Made by a program: the position numbers and the translations under genes
In this document: piece after piece, positions 53,379 to 61,993 of the stretch
How positions within the stretch are numbered: position 1 is the stretch's first letter
How the letters are laid out: each line of letters begins with the position of its first letter
From: an uncultured Gammaproteobacteria bacterium
Lineage (GTDB): Bacteria > Patescibacteriota > Patescibacteriia > UBA11705
Assembly (NCBI GenBank): GCA_964413735.1
Contig: CAYPSS010000003.1
Location: 106,626 to 170,625 of the forward strand
Reading direction: 5' to 3'
Length of the DNA: 64,000 nucleotides
Notes under the pieces: generated by a model
The model's database searches: none
What the model saw: the letters and a program-made list of their open reading frames with translations, nothing else
Told to the model about the DNA's origin: nothing

Positions 53379-54959
53379 TTATTTCTCTTGAGAAAGTTTT
53401 TTCACCATATAAGTGCCAACCAAGCGATAACCCAGTTTGCGATAATAAGCGCGGACTCCGATACCGGAAATTACCGCTATTTTCTCCAGTCCGTGTTGTC
53501 GGGCTAACTCTTCGGCCTTGGCTACTAATTTTTTGCCAAACCCCAAGTGTTGAATGGCTTGATTGTTTGATTGATCAATCCCAACCATTTGACCGTAAGT
53601 GTGGACTTCGCGAATAATGGCGCAATTTTTTAATTCGGGAATATAAACATTGGCCGGATCATTGATTCTTAAGCGCAAAAAAGCGTAAAGAATTTTTTTG
53701 TTGGACGAGCGATAACTTAAGAAATATTCCAAGCCGTCAGAAGCCGGATACTTTTCCAAATAAAAACGTGCTTTGTCAGCTCCGGAAATATTGCCCCGTG
53801 CTTCACGACAGCGAATGCATTTACACCATTGATTTTGCTCGGATAATTTTTGTTGTAAAACTTGTCGTAAATTGGTCATCTGATTGCCGGCTTGAATACT
53901 TTCTTTGGGAATATCACGAATCAAGCGAATGATTCTCACATAATCGGGGATTTGTAATTTCATTTTCAATAATAAATCAATCAATTGTTTATCAGAATAC
54001 GGTCGATATTTGTTTTGTTTCCACCAACTATAAAGTTTGGAATCTTTGGTGACCACGGTCGGATAAATTTTCAGCATGTCTGGCTGGTAGTCACTTAAGT
54101 TAAATAAATCGTGAAACATTTTCAAATCCTTGGTCGGAGTGGCGCCGGGTAAATTAGGCATCATGTGATAAGTGACTTTGAAACCGGCTTGTTTCATTAA
54201 TTTGGTGGCTTTGATGGTTTGTTCATTGGTGCTACCGCGGTGATTGAGCGTTAATATCTTGTTGTCAATGGCTTGAACACCGATTTCGATTCTGGTACAG
54301 CCTAAGCGACGAAAATTAAGCAATTCTTTTTCATTGATATAATCAGGACGAGTTTCCAGTGTTAGCCCGATAATTCGATGTTTAGCGGTTTCATTCCATT
54401 TCTGTGCTTGTTCAAGATCTTTGGCGATTCGTATATTGCAAGCGTCAAAACAGCGTTTAATAAACCAAGTTTGATATTGACGCGGGAAATAATTAAAAGT
54501 CCCACCCATGACAATCAGTTCAATTTTGTCGGTGGCGTGGCCGTTTTTGGTTAGAGCAAATATTCTAGTTTTAACTTGGGCAAAAGGATCAAACTTCAAA
54601 CGAATGGCACGCATGACTGCCGGTTCGTTAGACAAATAGCTTTTGGGCATTTGTTTTTCCGTAGGACAAAAAGCACATTTGCCGGGACAGGGATAATGTT
54701 TGGTCAAAACCGCAATCGGCGCAACGCCCGACATGGTACGAATGGCGCGTTTACGAAGTAATCGTGCAATTTCCGGTCGGGGGGTAATTTTTTTCTTTTT
54801 TACTTGTTCTAGATAATATGCCAAAAGAGACGCATTGGTGATGTTGGGTTTTTTATATTTATCAGCTAAGCGATTTTTGATTTTTTTTAAGCGGTTTTGA
54901 TTGGGAACCTTGGCTGATAAAAGAGCGTGTAAAATTGAATCTAAATATTCGTTTTTCAT
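53379..54959 (-). CDS. elp3: Elp3-like radical SAM + GNAT acetyltransferase (tRNA uridine-34 modification homolog)
   Basis: Radical-SAM CxxxCxxC (CPGKCAFCP), TIM-barrel-like core, C-terminal GNAT domain (GQMVGIDQSNNQAIQHLGFGKKLVAKAEELARQHG). 526 aa. Confidence 0.7.
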   Translation of the reverse strand: MKNEYLDSILHALLSAKVPNQNRLKKIKNRLADKYKKPNITNASLLAYYLEQVKKKKITPRPEIARLLRKRAIRTMSGVAPIAVLTKHYPCPGKCAFCPTEKQMPKSYLSNEPAVMRAIRLKFDPFAQVKTRIFALTKNGHATDKIELIVMGGTFNYFPRQYQTWFIKRCFDACNIRIAKDLEQAQKWNETAKHRIIGLTLETRPDYINEKELLNFRRLGCTRIEIGVQAIDNKILTLNHRGSTNEQTIKATKLMKQAGFKVTYHMMPNLPGATPTKDLKMFHDLFNLSDYQPDMLKIYPTVVTKDSKLYSWWKQNKYRPYSDKQLIDLLLKMKLQIPDYVRIIRLIRDIPKESIQAGNQMTNLRQVLQQKLSEQNQWCKCIRCREARGNISGADKARFYLEKYPASDGLEYFLSYRSSNKKILYAFLRLRINDPANVYIPELKNCAIIREVHTYGQMVGIDQSNNQAIQHLGFGKKLVAKAEELARQHGLEKIAVISGIGVRAYYRKLGYRLVGTYMVKKLSQEK

Positions 54960-54961
54960 GT

Positions 54962-55570
54962 TTATTGACCGATTTGGAGGTTGCTTAAATCATTGTTGGT
55001 AATTCCCAGACCGAGATTGCGCATAATTTCAAAGGCATGAATCGGTCGTCCGAGAAAATATCGTTGACCATTATCCGGATTAATATACCACGCTTCACCG
55101 CGACTTTCAACTTGAAGCAAAATTCGGCCTTTCAGGCGCTCGATTAATTGGTAATCAATTTTATCGGGAAATTTGCCCGGACCGTTGGGATTATAACCGT
55201 TAATAAGCTCTTGTTTATCATTAAAAGAATCATCATCGGTGTCTTTGTTATATTTATTGGTACCAATGGCATCTTCCAAAAGATCAACCAATCCATCATT
55301 ATCACTGTCGGTTCCGGATTGGGCGATTAGACCGATCGGGATTTTATTAAGATTTTCCGTGGTGATTCCCAGACCGAATCGGCGCATTAAATTAAAGGCA
55401 TCATCGGGTCGGCCCAAATAATAGCGTAAATTATTTAATGGATTAACATACCAAGCTTCGCCGTTTTCCTCTACTTGCAACAAAATTTTACCCGATAAAT
55501 TAGTAGCACCTATTGTCATGAATGGAATACCTAAAAATAATATAAACAAAACAAAAATTTTTTTTCGCAT
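54962..55570 (-). CDS. Secreted protein with an internal about 55-aa duplication flanking thrombospondin-type-3-like Asp-rich Ca-binding repeats
   Basis: Signal peptide. Duplicated module GKILLQVEENGEAWYVNPLNNLRYYLGRP... / GRILLQVESRGEAWYINPDNGQRYFLGRP.... Central TDSDNDGLVD and DTDDDSFND motifs. Confidence 0.55.
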   Translation of the reverse strand: MRKKIFVLFILFLGIPFMTIGATNLSGKILLQVEENGEAWYVNPLNNLRYYLGRPDDAFNLMRRFGLGITTENLNKIPIGLIAQSGTDSDNDGLVDLLEDAIGTNKYNKDTDDDSFNDKQELINGYNPNGPGKFPDKIDYQLIERLKGRILLQVESRGEAWYINPDNGQRYFLGRPIHAFEIMRNLGLGITNNDLSNLQIGQ

Positions 55571-55625
55571 ATTTTGCTTTTGAATAATGTTTATGTTTTA
55601 ATATAATTGAATTATAACAAAAAAT

Positions 55626-56369
55626 ATGACAATAGACAAAAATCATGGCTGGCTTCGAAAAATCAAGGATGGTTATGATAAAATCGCCGGGCAATTTGCT
55701 CAATCACGTAATTATGTGTGGCGCGATAGTGTGGTTTTCTTGGATTATATCAAAGACAATGATCGGGTTTTGGATTTGGGTTGTGGTAATGGACGTTTGG
55801 TCCCATTATTAAGAAAAAAAAACATTGATTATGTTGGGGTTGATGCCAGTCAGGAATTGATTAAAATTGCGGGGCAAAATTTTCCGGAACTTGATTTTCA
55901 AACATTGAACGCCGTTGATTTGGATGATTTTCTGGGTGAGTTTAATGCAATTGTTAGTGTTTCCATGCTTAATCATTTAACTTCTGAATATCATGGGTTA
56001 GTATTTAAAAAAGTTTTTGATCGTTTAGTGCCCGGTGGTTATTTCTTGCTTTCCAATTGGAATATGTGGAATGAGAATAACAAAAAAGGTGTTAAATATT
56101 TTCAAAAAATCAAACAACAATTAACCGATGAGAATTTTCAAGAAAAATATGGGGTGACGAAAAATGAATTACAGGACAATGAAGTTTTGACTTTATGGGG
56201 AGATGAGCAGGTTCCTTTGTATTATTATGCCTTTACTATTGAAGAATTGAAAGATTTGGCGGAAAAAAACAATTTTGAAATTATCAAGTTATATTATTCT
56301 CAAAATGGTCAGTCGGTTGATCAAAGGCAGGCGGAAAATATAGTGGGAATTTTTCGGAAAATTGTGTAG
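55626..56369 (+). CDS. Class I SAM-dependent methyltransferase
   Basis: Motif I VLDLGCGNGR, acidic motif II, about 250 aa. Confidence 0.7.
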   Translation: MTIDKNHGWLRKIKDGYDKIAGQFAQSRNYVWRDSVVFLDYIKDNDRVLDLGCGNGRLVPLLRKKNIDYVGVDASQELIKIAGQNFPELDFQTLNAVDLDDFLGEFNAIVSVSMLNHLTSEYHGLVFKKVFDRLVPGGYFLLSNWNMWNENNKKGVKYFQKIKQQLTDENFQEKYGVTKNELQDNEVLTLWGDEQVPLYYYAFTIEELKDLAEKNNFEIIKLYYSQNGQSVDQRQAENIVGIFRKIV

Positions 56370-56438
56370 TTGATAAAAAATGGTAGATGTGTTAATTTTT
56401 GATGTCTGGTTCTTTGACTCCCCAATAAGGAGGGTAGT

Positions 56439-57470
56439 ATGGGTTGGTGGATTTTTGGCAAAAAGGAATCTGAGGCTTTACCGGTTCGCGAAAAAATGAG
56501 TGCGGAAGAAAGAAAATTTCGTGAATTTGGTCAATGGCAAAGACTTTTGAAGGCGACTATTGGAAATTGTTTTAATTTTGAAAGTCCAAAAATTAATCAA
56601 TATTCATTAGAAGCAAAATATCTGAATAATTTGTTCCAAGAGGGACAGTTGCCAATGAGTTTTCCGGAGTTAGTTTTGCAGGAATTTAAGATCAGGATGC
56701 GTTATATTAACTTGAATCAAGTAAGATCTGAGAGAATTGATTTTGCTCAAGAAATTCAACTTTGTCGGGAAAATCTGAAAACTCTCTTGGGTTTTAATGA
56801 TGATCAAGTGAATGAAGTTATCCGGGAAATAATGCAAGACTATTTCAATAAACAAGAATTTGTGTTTGTTTATTACTTGCATTTTGATCATCGGGTATCT
56901 TTGGATGAACAATCAATGTCTTTAATGTATTGCCGAGTTTATGAACATTTTGTGATGCGTGGTGATTTAGCGCAAGTTGAAAAAATGAGAGAATCCGGCA
57001 TGGTTGATCAGGTGATTCAAAACAATAATCGTGCTACTTTGATTCTGCAAATTTTTCGACAGTTACACAGAATGCAATTACAATATGAGTCGCCGACCAT
57101 CTTTCAAAAGCATGAATTTTTCCGTAGTTCGATGGTTCAGTTAAAGGAATTGTTTGTTGAAGCAACTAAAGAGGGTTATTTGGATTTACGAGGCTTACTT
57201 TTGGCTTTGATGGCAGGTCAAGTGGATTGTTTGCCGGTGGTCGAGAATTTGGATGCTGGGTATCAAGAAAAAATTCCCAAGGAAATGTGGCCTCAATTGG
57301 CGCTGCTTCATTGTCAGGTTTTGGCTTGGTCAAAATTTGCTGAAAGGGCTGATTATATTCGTGAAATTGAACGAACAATCAAGCAATATGAAATTAAAGA
57401 AGCGTTTCGTTCTTGGTATCGTCAAGGGCCGGAAATTTATTTGAACCCGGTATTATTATACCGTTTATAA
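56439..57470 (+). CDS. Hypothetical soluble protein carrying the same leader motif as 49879/50688
   Basis: 343-aa ORF preceded by ttctttgactccccaataaggagg. Confidence 0.5.
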   Translation: MGWWIFGKKESEALPVREKMSAEERKFREFGQWQRLLKATIGNCFNFESPKINQYSLEAKYLNNLFQEGQLPMSFPELVLQEFKIRMRYINLNQVRSERIDFAQEIQLCRENLKTLLGFNDDQVNEVIREIMQDYFNKQEFVFVYYLHFDHRVSLDEQSMSLMYCRVYEHFVMRGDLAQVEKMRESGMVDQVIQNNNRATLILQIFRQLHRMQLQYESPTIFQKHEFFRSSMVQLKELFVEATKEGYLDLRGLLLALMAGQVDCLPVVENLDAGYQEKIPKEMWPQLALLHCQVLAWSKFAERADYIREIERTIKQYEIKEAFRSWYRQGPEIYLNPVLLYRL

Positions 57471-57478
57471 TTAATTAG

Positions 57479-57505
57479 ATTCACTCAAAAGAGTGGATTT
57501 TTTTT
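57479..57505 (+). terminator. Rho-independent terminator
   Basis: attcactc-aaaa-gagtggat followed by a T7 run. Confidence 0.45.
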
Positions 57506-57572
57506 GTAATAATAGAAAAATAGGGAATAAAATACAATTTGAAAAAAATCTTGATTGTGTTATTATAAATAT

Positions 57573-58952
57573 ATGGAAAACACTTATAAAAAAATTTATA
57601 TTTCCGGCATTGGTGGCATTGGGGTGTCAGCTATTGCAAAACTTTACTTGAAACTGGGGGCCCAAGTATTGGGTTCGGATATCGCACCATCAGAAATTAC
57701 CAAGGATTTGGAAAAGCGTGGCGTGAAAATATTTTATTCTCAAACAGCGGAAAATATTCCCGCTGATTTAAATATCCTAATTTATTCCCCGGCGGTACCG
57801 GAAAACAATCCCGAACGACATCGAGCGCGTGAACTTGGTATTGAACAACGCAGTTATCCGCAAGTTTTGGGTGATTTGAGTTGGCAATATCACACCATTG
57901 CCATTTCCGGCACCAATGGTAAATCCACCACTACGGCGATGATCGGTTCGATTATGACTGATGCGAAAAAAGATCCGCTCGTGATTGTGGGTTCAAAAAC
58001 AAAAAAATTTGATGCAAATTTTCGTTTTGGACAAGGGGGCGATTTTGTGGTGGAAGCGTGTGAATATCGCGGCCATATGCTCAATATTCATCCCAGTGCC
58101 ATAATTTTAACCAACATTGAAAAGGATCATTTGGATTATTTTACCAACATTGAACATATTTTGGAGACTTTCCAGAATTATTGCAATAAATTAACTCACC
58201 CTGATGATGTGATTGTTTATAATCGAGATGATTATTTTACGTCGCAGATTGTTTTGCCCAAGTGTCGTCGGATCAGTTATTCGTTAAACAGTAGCGCTGA
58301 TTATGTGGCGAAAAATATAAAAGTGATTGATCATTATCAGGAGTTTTCGGTTTATCATGATGAAAAATGTTTGGGGGTCTTCCAGATTACCATGCCCGGA
58401 GTTTTTAATGTGTATAACGCACTTTCTGCCATTGCTTTTTGTCATTACAGTCAAATTCCGGTGGAAATAATCAAAAAATCATTGAAAACTTTTACCGGTT
58501 TGTGGCGACGGTTTGAAATAATTGAAAATCGATCAATTGTGGTGGTCTCGGATTATGCGCATCATCCAACGGCGGTGCATAATACCATTCGAGCGGCTAA
58601 GGATTTTTATCCCGGACAACGGATTGTCGCGGTTTTCCAACCGCATCAACACAATCGCACGATTAAACTTTTTGATGATTTTGTGAAATCATTTAATGAT
58701 GCTGATGTGATAGTTTTACCGGAAATATTTGATGTGGTTGGTCGAGAAAAAGAGCAAGATCAAATGATTTCATCGCAGGATTTGGTTAATGAAATCAAGA
58801 AAAACTGGCCGGATAAACTGATTTATTATACCGGCAATTTGGATGAGACGGTTAAAAAAGTGAATTCTCTTATTCGCGCTAAAGATGTGGTTTTATTGAT
58901 GGGCGCCGGAGATATAAATAAAATTAATAAACAAATAAAATATGAAGCATGA
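57573..58952 (+). CDS. murC: UDP-N-acetylmuramate--L-alanine ligase
   Basis: N-terminal ISGIGGIGVSAIA Rossmann motif, P-loop GTNGKSTT, Mur ligase middle and C-terminal domains. Start at ATG 57573. Confidence 0.85.
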   Translation: MENTYKKIYISGIGGIGVSAIAKLYLKLGAQVLGSDIAPSEITKDLEKRGVKIFYSQTAENIPADLNILIYSPAVPENNPERHRARELGIEQRSYPQVLGDLSWQYHTIAISGTNGKSTTTAMIGSIMTDAKKDPLVIVGSKTKKFDANFRFGQGGDFVVEACEYRGHMLNIHPSAIILTNIEKDHLDYFTNIEHILETFQNYCNKLTHPDDVIVYNRDDYFTSQIVLPKCRRISYSLNSSADYVAKNIKVIDHYQEFSVYHDEKCLGVFQITMPGVFNVYNALSAIAFCHYSQIPVEIIKKSLKTFTGLWRRFEIIENRSIVVVSDYAHHPTAVHNTIRAAKDFYPGQRIVAVFQPHQHNRTIKLFDDFVKSFNDADVIVLPEIFDVVGREKEQDQMISSQDLVNEIKKNWPDKLIYYTGNLDETVKKVNSLIRAKDVVLLMGAGDINKINKQIKYEA

Positions 58953-59787
58953 AATGCCAATGGCGGTGGATAGTTTATTAACCGGTAAATTGGAAATTTT
59001 GGACGGACAGTTTGATTTTTATTATGGGACAAAAAAAGATGGTGATTTTAAACCAACTTCTGAAGGTTTTTTTGAGCGATTGGAACAAGTACGTAAACGA
59101 TTAGGTATTACATATATTTTTGCTCCCAGTTTGGCTTTTACCAAAAGAACCGGCTCCTTGACCGGTGAACAAGAGGTCGGTTATGTCGTAGGACCGAAAA
59201 ACCAAAAACTAAAGTATGCTGATGAAGGAATTTTACGTACCGAAGCTAAAGCTGACGGGGGTGTTTTGTTTTATCAAGATTTGAGAGAATTGGGAGTGTC
59301 TCCCGATGAAGTTGCTTTGGCGGGATTTAATGCTGATTGCCCCTTTATTATTGGTTATGATGAAGAACGCCAAGCTTTATTTATGCTTCATGCTGGATTG
59401 GGTTGTATTCATAAGCCAAATGATGATAAAAAGGAAACGATTTTTGAGAACTTAGTAAGAGATTATGGTTTGAATCCAAAAAAAATAAAAATTTTTGTGA
59501 CGGCCGGAATTCAAAAATGTTGTTATGGTCGAAATGATGATGCTTTCCAAAAAGTTTTTGATGAATGGGGTGGTGATTTACAGTCGGTGGCGACTATCGG
59601 GGATCGTGAAGGGCAAACATCTTTGGATTTGAGCGGTTTAATTGAAAAAGATTTGCTTCGCGTCGGTGTTGCTCCGGAAAATATTACTGTTGATAAACAT
59701 TGTACATGCCATGATGGAGAGCATTGGAGCAATGTTAATGGTGAGGATGAACGAAATTTGCTTTTGGTTAAAATGAGAAAAATATGA
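58942..59787 (+). CDS. pgeF: YfiH/PgeF-like (DUF152, laccase-domain) protein
   Basis: HAGLGC His-Cys region and C-terminal CTCHDGEHWSN resembling the PgeF metal site. Overlaps the murC end. Moderate support. Confidence 0.5.
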   Translation: MKHEMPMAVDSLLTGKLEILDGQFDFYYGTKKDGDFKPTSEGFFERLEQVRKRLGITYIFAPSLAFTKRTGSLTGEQEVGYVVGPKNQKLKYADEGILRTEAKADGGVLFYQDLRELGVSPDEVALAGFNADCPFIIGYDEERQALFMLHAGLGCIHKPNDDKKETIFENLVRDYGLNPKKIKIFVTAGIQKCCYGRNDDAFQKVFDEWGGDLQSVATIGDREGQTSLDLSGLIEKDLLRVGVAPENITVDKHCTCHDGEHWSNVNGEDERNLLLVKMRKI

Positions 59788-59954
59788 CTTTTGAAGAAGA
59801 GGCGAGTCAAAAAATAAAAAACAAAGCGCGTTGTCGTCAGCAAAGTAAAAGACGAGTTTCATTATCCAGCGGAACTTTTAGTCAACAAGTTCAAGGTGGA
59901 AAAGTTAGAACGCGAAAATCAAAAAATAAAGTAAAAATTAATATTAATTTATAA
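59784..59954 (+). CDS. Possible 56-aa basic micro-protein (MTFEEEASQKIKNKARCRQQSKRRV...)
   Basis: ATG overlaps the upstream TGA (ATGA). Lys/Arg-rich. Below the ORF-track threshold. Could be non-coding spacer. Confidence 0.3.
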   Translation: MTFEEEASQKIKNKARCRQQSKRRVSLSSGTFSQQVQGGKVRTRKSKNKVKININL

Positions 59955-59960
59955 TAATAT

Positions 59961-60917
59961 ATGATTGAACAATGGAAGGAAAAATATAATTTGGAGGTGA
60001 AAGAAAATGAACCACTATCCAACCATACAACTTTCAAAATCGGTGGGCCGGCTAAATACTTTGTGCAAGTTAATAACAAGGTTGATTTGCGACGCGCATT
60101 ACAATTGGCTATTGATAATAAATTAAAATATTTAATTTTAGGCGGTGGAAGCAATGTATTGGTGTCAGATTCGGGTTTTGATGGTTTGATAATCAATGTT
60201 AATGAAGGAGATTACGAGGTTAAGGGTGACAAGGTGTTGGTATTTGCCGGAAATTATTGGCCCAAGTTTGTTAATCAAGTAATTCAAAATGGATTGGAAG
60301 GCTTGGAGTTTAGCGGAAATATTCCCGGATCAGTGGGCGGGTGTGTCCGAGGTAATGCCGGCGCTTATGGCCAAGGAGTTGGTGATTTTGTTTTTGAAGT
60401 AGAAGTTTTGGTAGTGGGTGATAATGAAGTATCTTTGAAAAAATTAACTCAAGCGGAATGTGAATTTGAATATCGGGAAAGTATTTTTAAAAAACAAAGT
60501 AATTTGATAATCAGTGAGGTTGTTTTTCATCTTAAACCGGAAACAAAATCAATCGAAGAAAGGTTAAAACAAGTAGCGGCTGAAGGAGCAACTCGTTGCG
60601 CGAAACAACCGCTTAGATATCCCAGTGCCGGTTGTTCCTTTGTCAATGTTGTCTATGATGATTCTTTGGCGCAGTACAAAGATTGGGAAAGTAATGGAAA
60701 AATTGCGGCGGCGCGGTTTATTGATGCGGCCGGATTAAAGGGTACGCAAATCGGTCAAGCGAAAATCAGTGAAGAGCACGCAAATTTTATTATTAATTTA
60801 GGTGGGGCCACAGCCAATGATGTTATTCAATTATACAGTTTGGTGAAAATGAAAGTCAGAGATCAGTTTGGCGTTCAATTGCAAGAAGAAGTGCAATATG
60901 TGGGCTTTGATTTTTAA
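59961..60917 (+). CDS. murB: UDP-N-acetylenolpyruvoylglucosamine reductase
   Basis: FAD-binding N-terminus (SNHTTFKIGGPAKYF, LILGGGSNVLVSD), conserved Ser/Glu C-terminal region. Confidence 0.85.
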   Translation: MIEQWKEKYNLEVKENEPLSNHTTFKIGGPAKYFVQVNNKVDLRRALQLAIDNKLKYLILGGGSNVLVSDSGFDGLIINVNEGDYEVKGDKVLVFAGNYWPKFVNQVIQNGLEGLEFSGNIPGSVGGCVRGNAGAYGQGVGDFVFEVEVLVVGDNEVSLKKLTQAECEFEYRESIFKKQSNLIISEVVFHLKPETKSIEERLKQVAAEGATRCAKQPLRYPSAGCSFVNVVYDDSLAQYKDWESNGKIAAARFIDAAGLKGTQIGQAKISEEHANFIINLGGATANDVIQLYSLVKMKVRDQFGVQLQEEVQYVGFDF

Positions 60918-60948
60918 TGACAAAAAATAATAAATAAAAAAATAAGTT

Positions 60949-61251
60949 ATGAACATCAACATCAAAAGTGCGAATATGGATTTGACGGAGGCGATTAAAA
61001 ATTATGTCATGGAAAAGCTGGGTTCAATCGATCGTTATTTTGATAATATTCAAAACATTGATGTGGAAGTGGGGAAAACCACTCGCGGACAACAAAAGGG
61101 CGATGTTTTCTTTTGTGAAATAAATGTGGCTGTGCCGCGAACATTACTACGTTATCGTGAGGAAACCGATGATTTGTATAAGGCGATTAATAATGTGAAA
61201 AAAGGGATTCAATTGGAATTAAATAAATACAAAGAAAAATTAAGAGCTTAA
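60949..61251 (+). CDS. hpf: Ribosome hibernation promoting factor (S30AE/RaiA family)
   Basis: MNINIKSANMDLTEAIKNYVMEKLG. 100 aa. Confidence 0.8.
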   Translation: MNINIKSANMDLTEAIKNYVMEKLGSIDRYFDNIQNIDVEVGKTTRGQQKGDVFFCEINVAVPRTLLRYREETDDLYKAINNVKKGIQLELNKYKEKLRA

Positions 61252-61254
61252 ATT

Positions 61255-61869
61255 ATGTATTATCGCACTATTGCTCGTTCCATTTTGAATTTCAAAATCA
61301 ATCCCATCATTAAGATTCTAATTCTTTCAGACTTTGTAGTTTTGAGTGCTTCGAATTTATGTGGTCCGATTTTTGCTCTGTTTATAGTTGAGAGGATTTC
61401 GGGGGCTGGCTTAGAAGTGGTGGGCATTGCTTCGATGATTTATTTTATTTTTAAAGCTTTGTTTGAAGTGCCGGTTGGAATTTTTATCGATCGGACAAAA
61501 GCAGAAAAAGACGATCTCTATACAGCGTTATTTGGTACTATTTTAACAGCGGGGGTTTATTTTTTATTTTCTTACATAAACACAGTTTGGGAATTGTATT
61601 TATTACATGCTTTGCTCGGAATTGGTGCTGCGGTGGCATTTCCTGGTTGGTATTCAATATTTACGCACCATATTGATAAAGAAAAAGAAGCTTTTGAATG
61701 GAGTGTATATGATGTGATGATTGGAATTGGAGCTGCCGGTGCCTCGGCCATTGGTGCCTTGATAGCTGATTTATATGGTTATAATGCACTTTTTTTCATT
61801 GTATCTGGATTTACAGGTTTTGGTGCCTTATTGCTGTTTATTATTAGGAAAAAGGTTCATCAATCTTAA
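61255..61869 (+). CDS. Hypothetical six-TM membrane protein
   Basis: 204 aa, hydrophobic helices throughout. No family recognised. Confidence 0.5.
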   Translation: MYYRTIARSILNFKINPIIKILILSDFVVLSASNLCGPIFALFIVERISGAGLEVVGIASMIYFIFKALFEVPVGIFIDRTKAEKDDLYTALFGTILTAGVYFLFSYINTVWELYLLHALLGIGAAVAFPGWYSIFTHHIDKEKEAFEWSVYDVMIGIGAAGASAIGALIADLYGYNALFFIVSGFTGFGALLLFIIRKKVHQS

Positions 61870-61993
61870 AAAATTAACTTAAAAATACACAAAAAAATCA
61901 TTAATATGATTTTTTTGTTTTACCAAGTTTAATCGCTTGTTTTTTGTCCTAAATAATGGTAGAATTTATCTGTTAATCATTTAAAATCATTTT

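Noticed and set aside
57551-57566. ttgatt...tattat upstream of murC as a promoter
   Set aside because: The spacer between candidate -35 and -10 is only about 4 nt, incompatible with sigma70 geometry.
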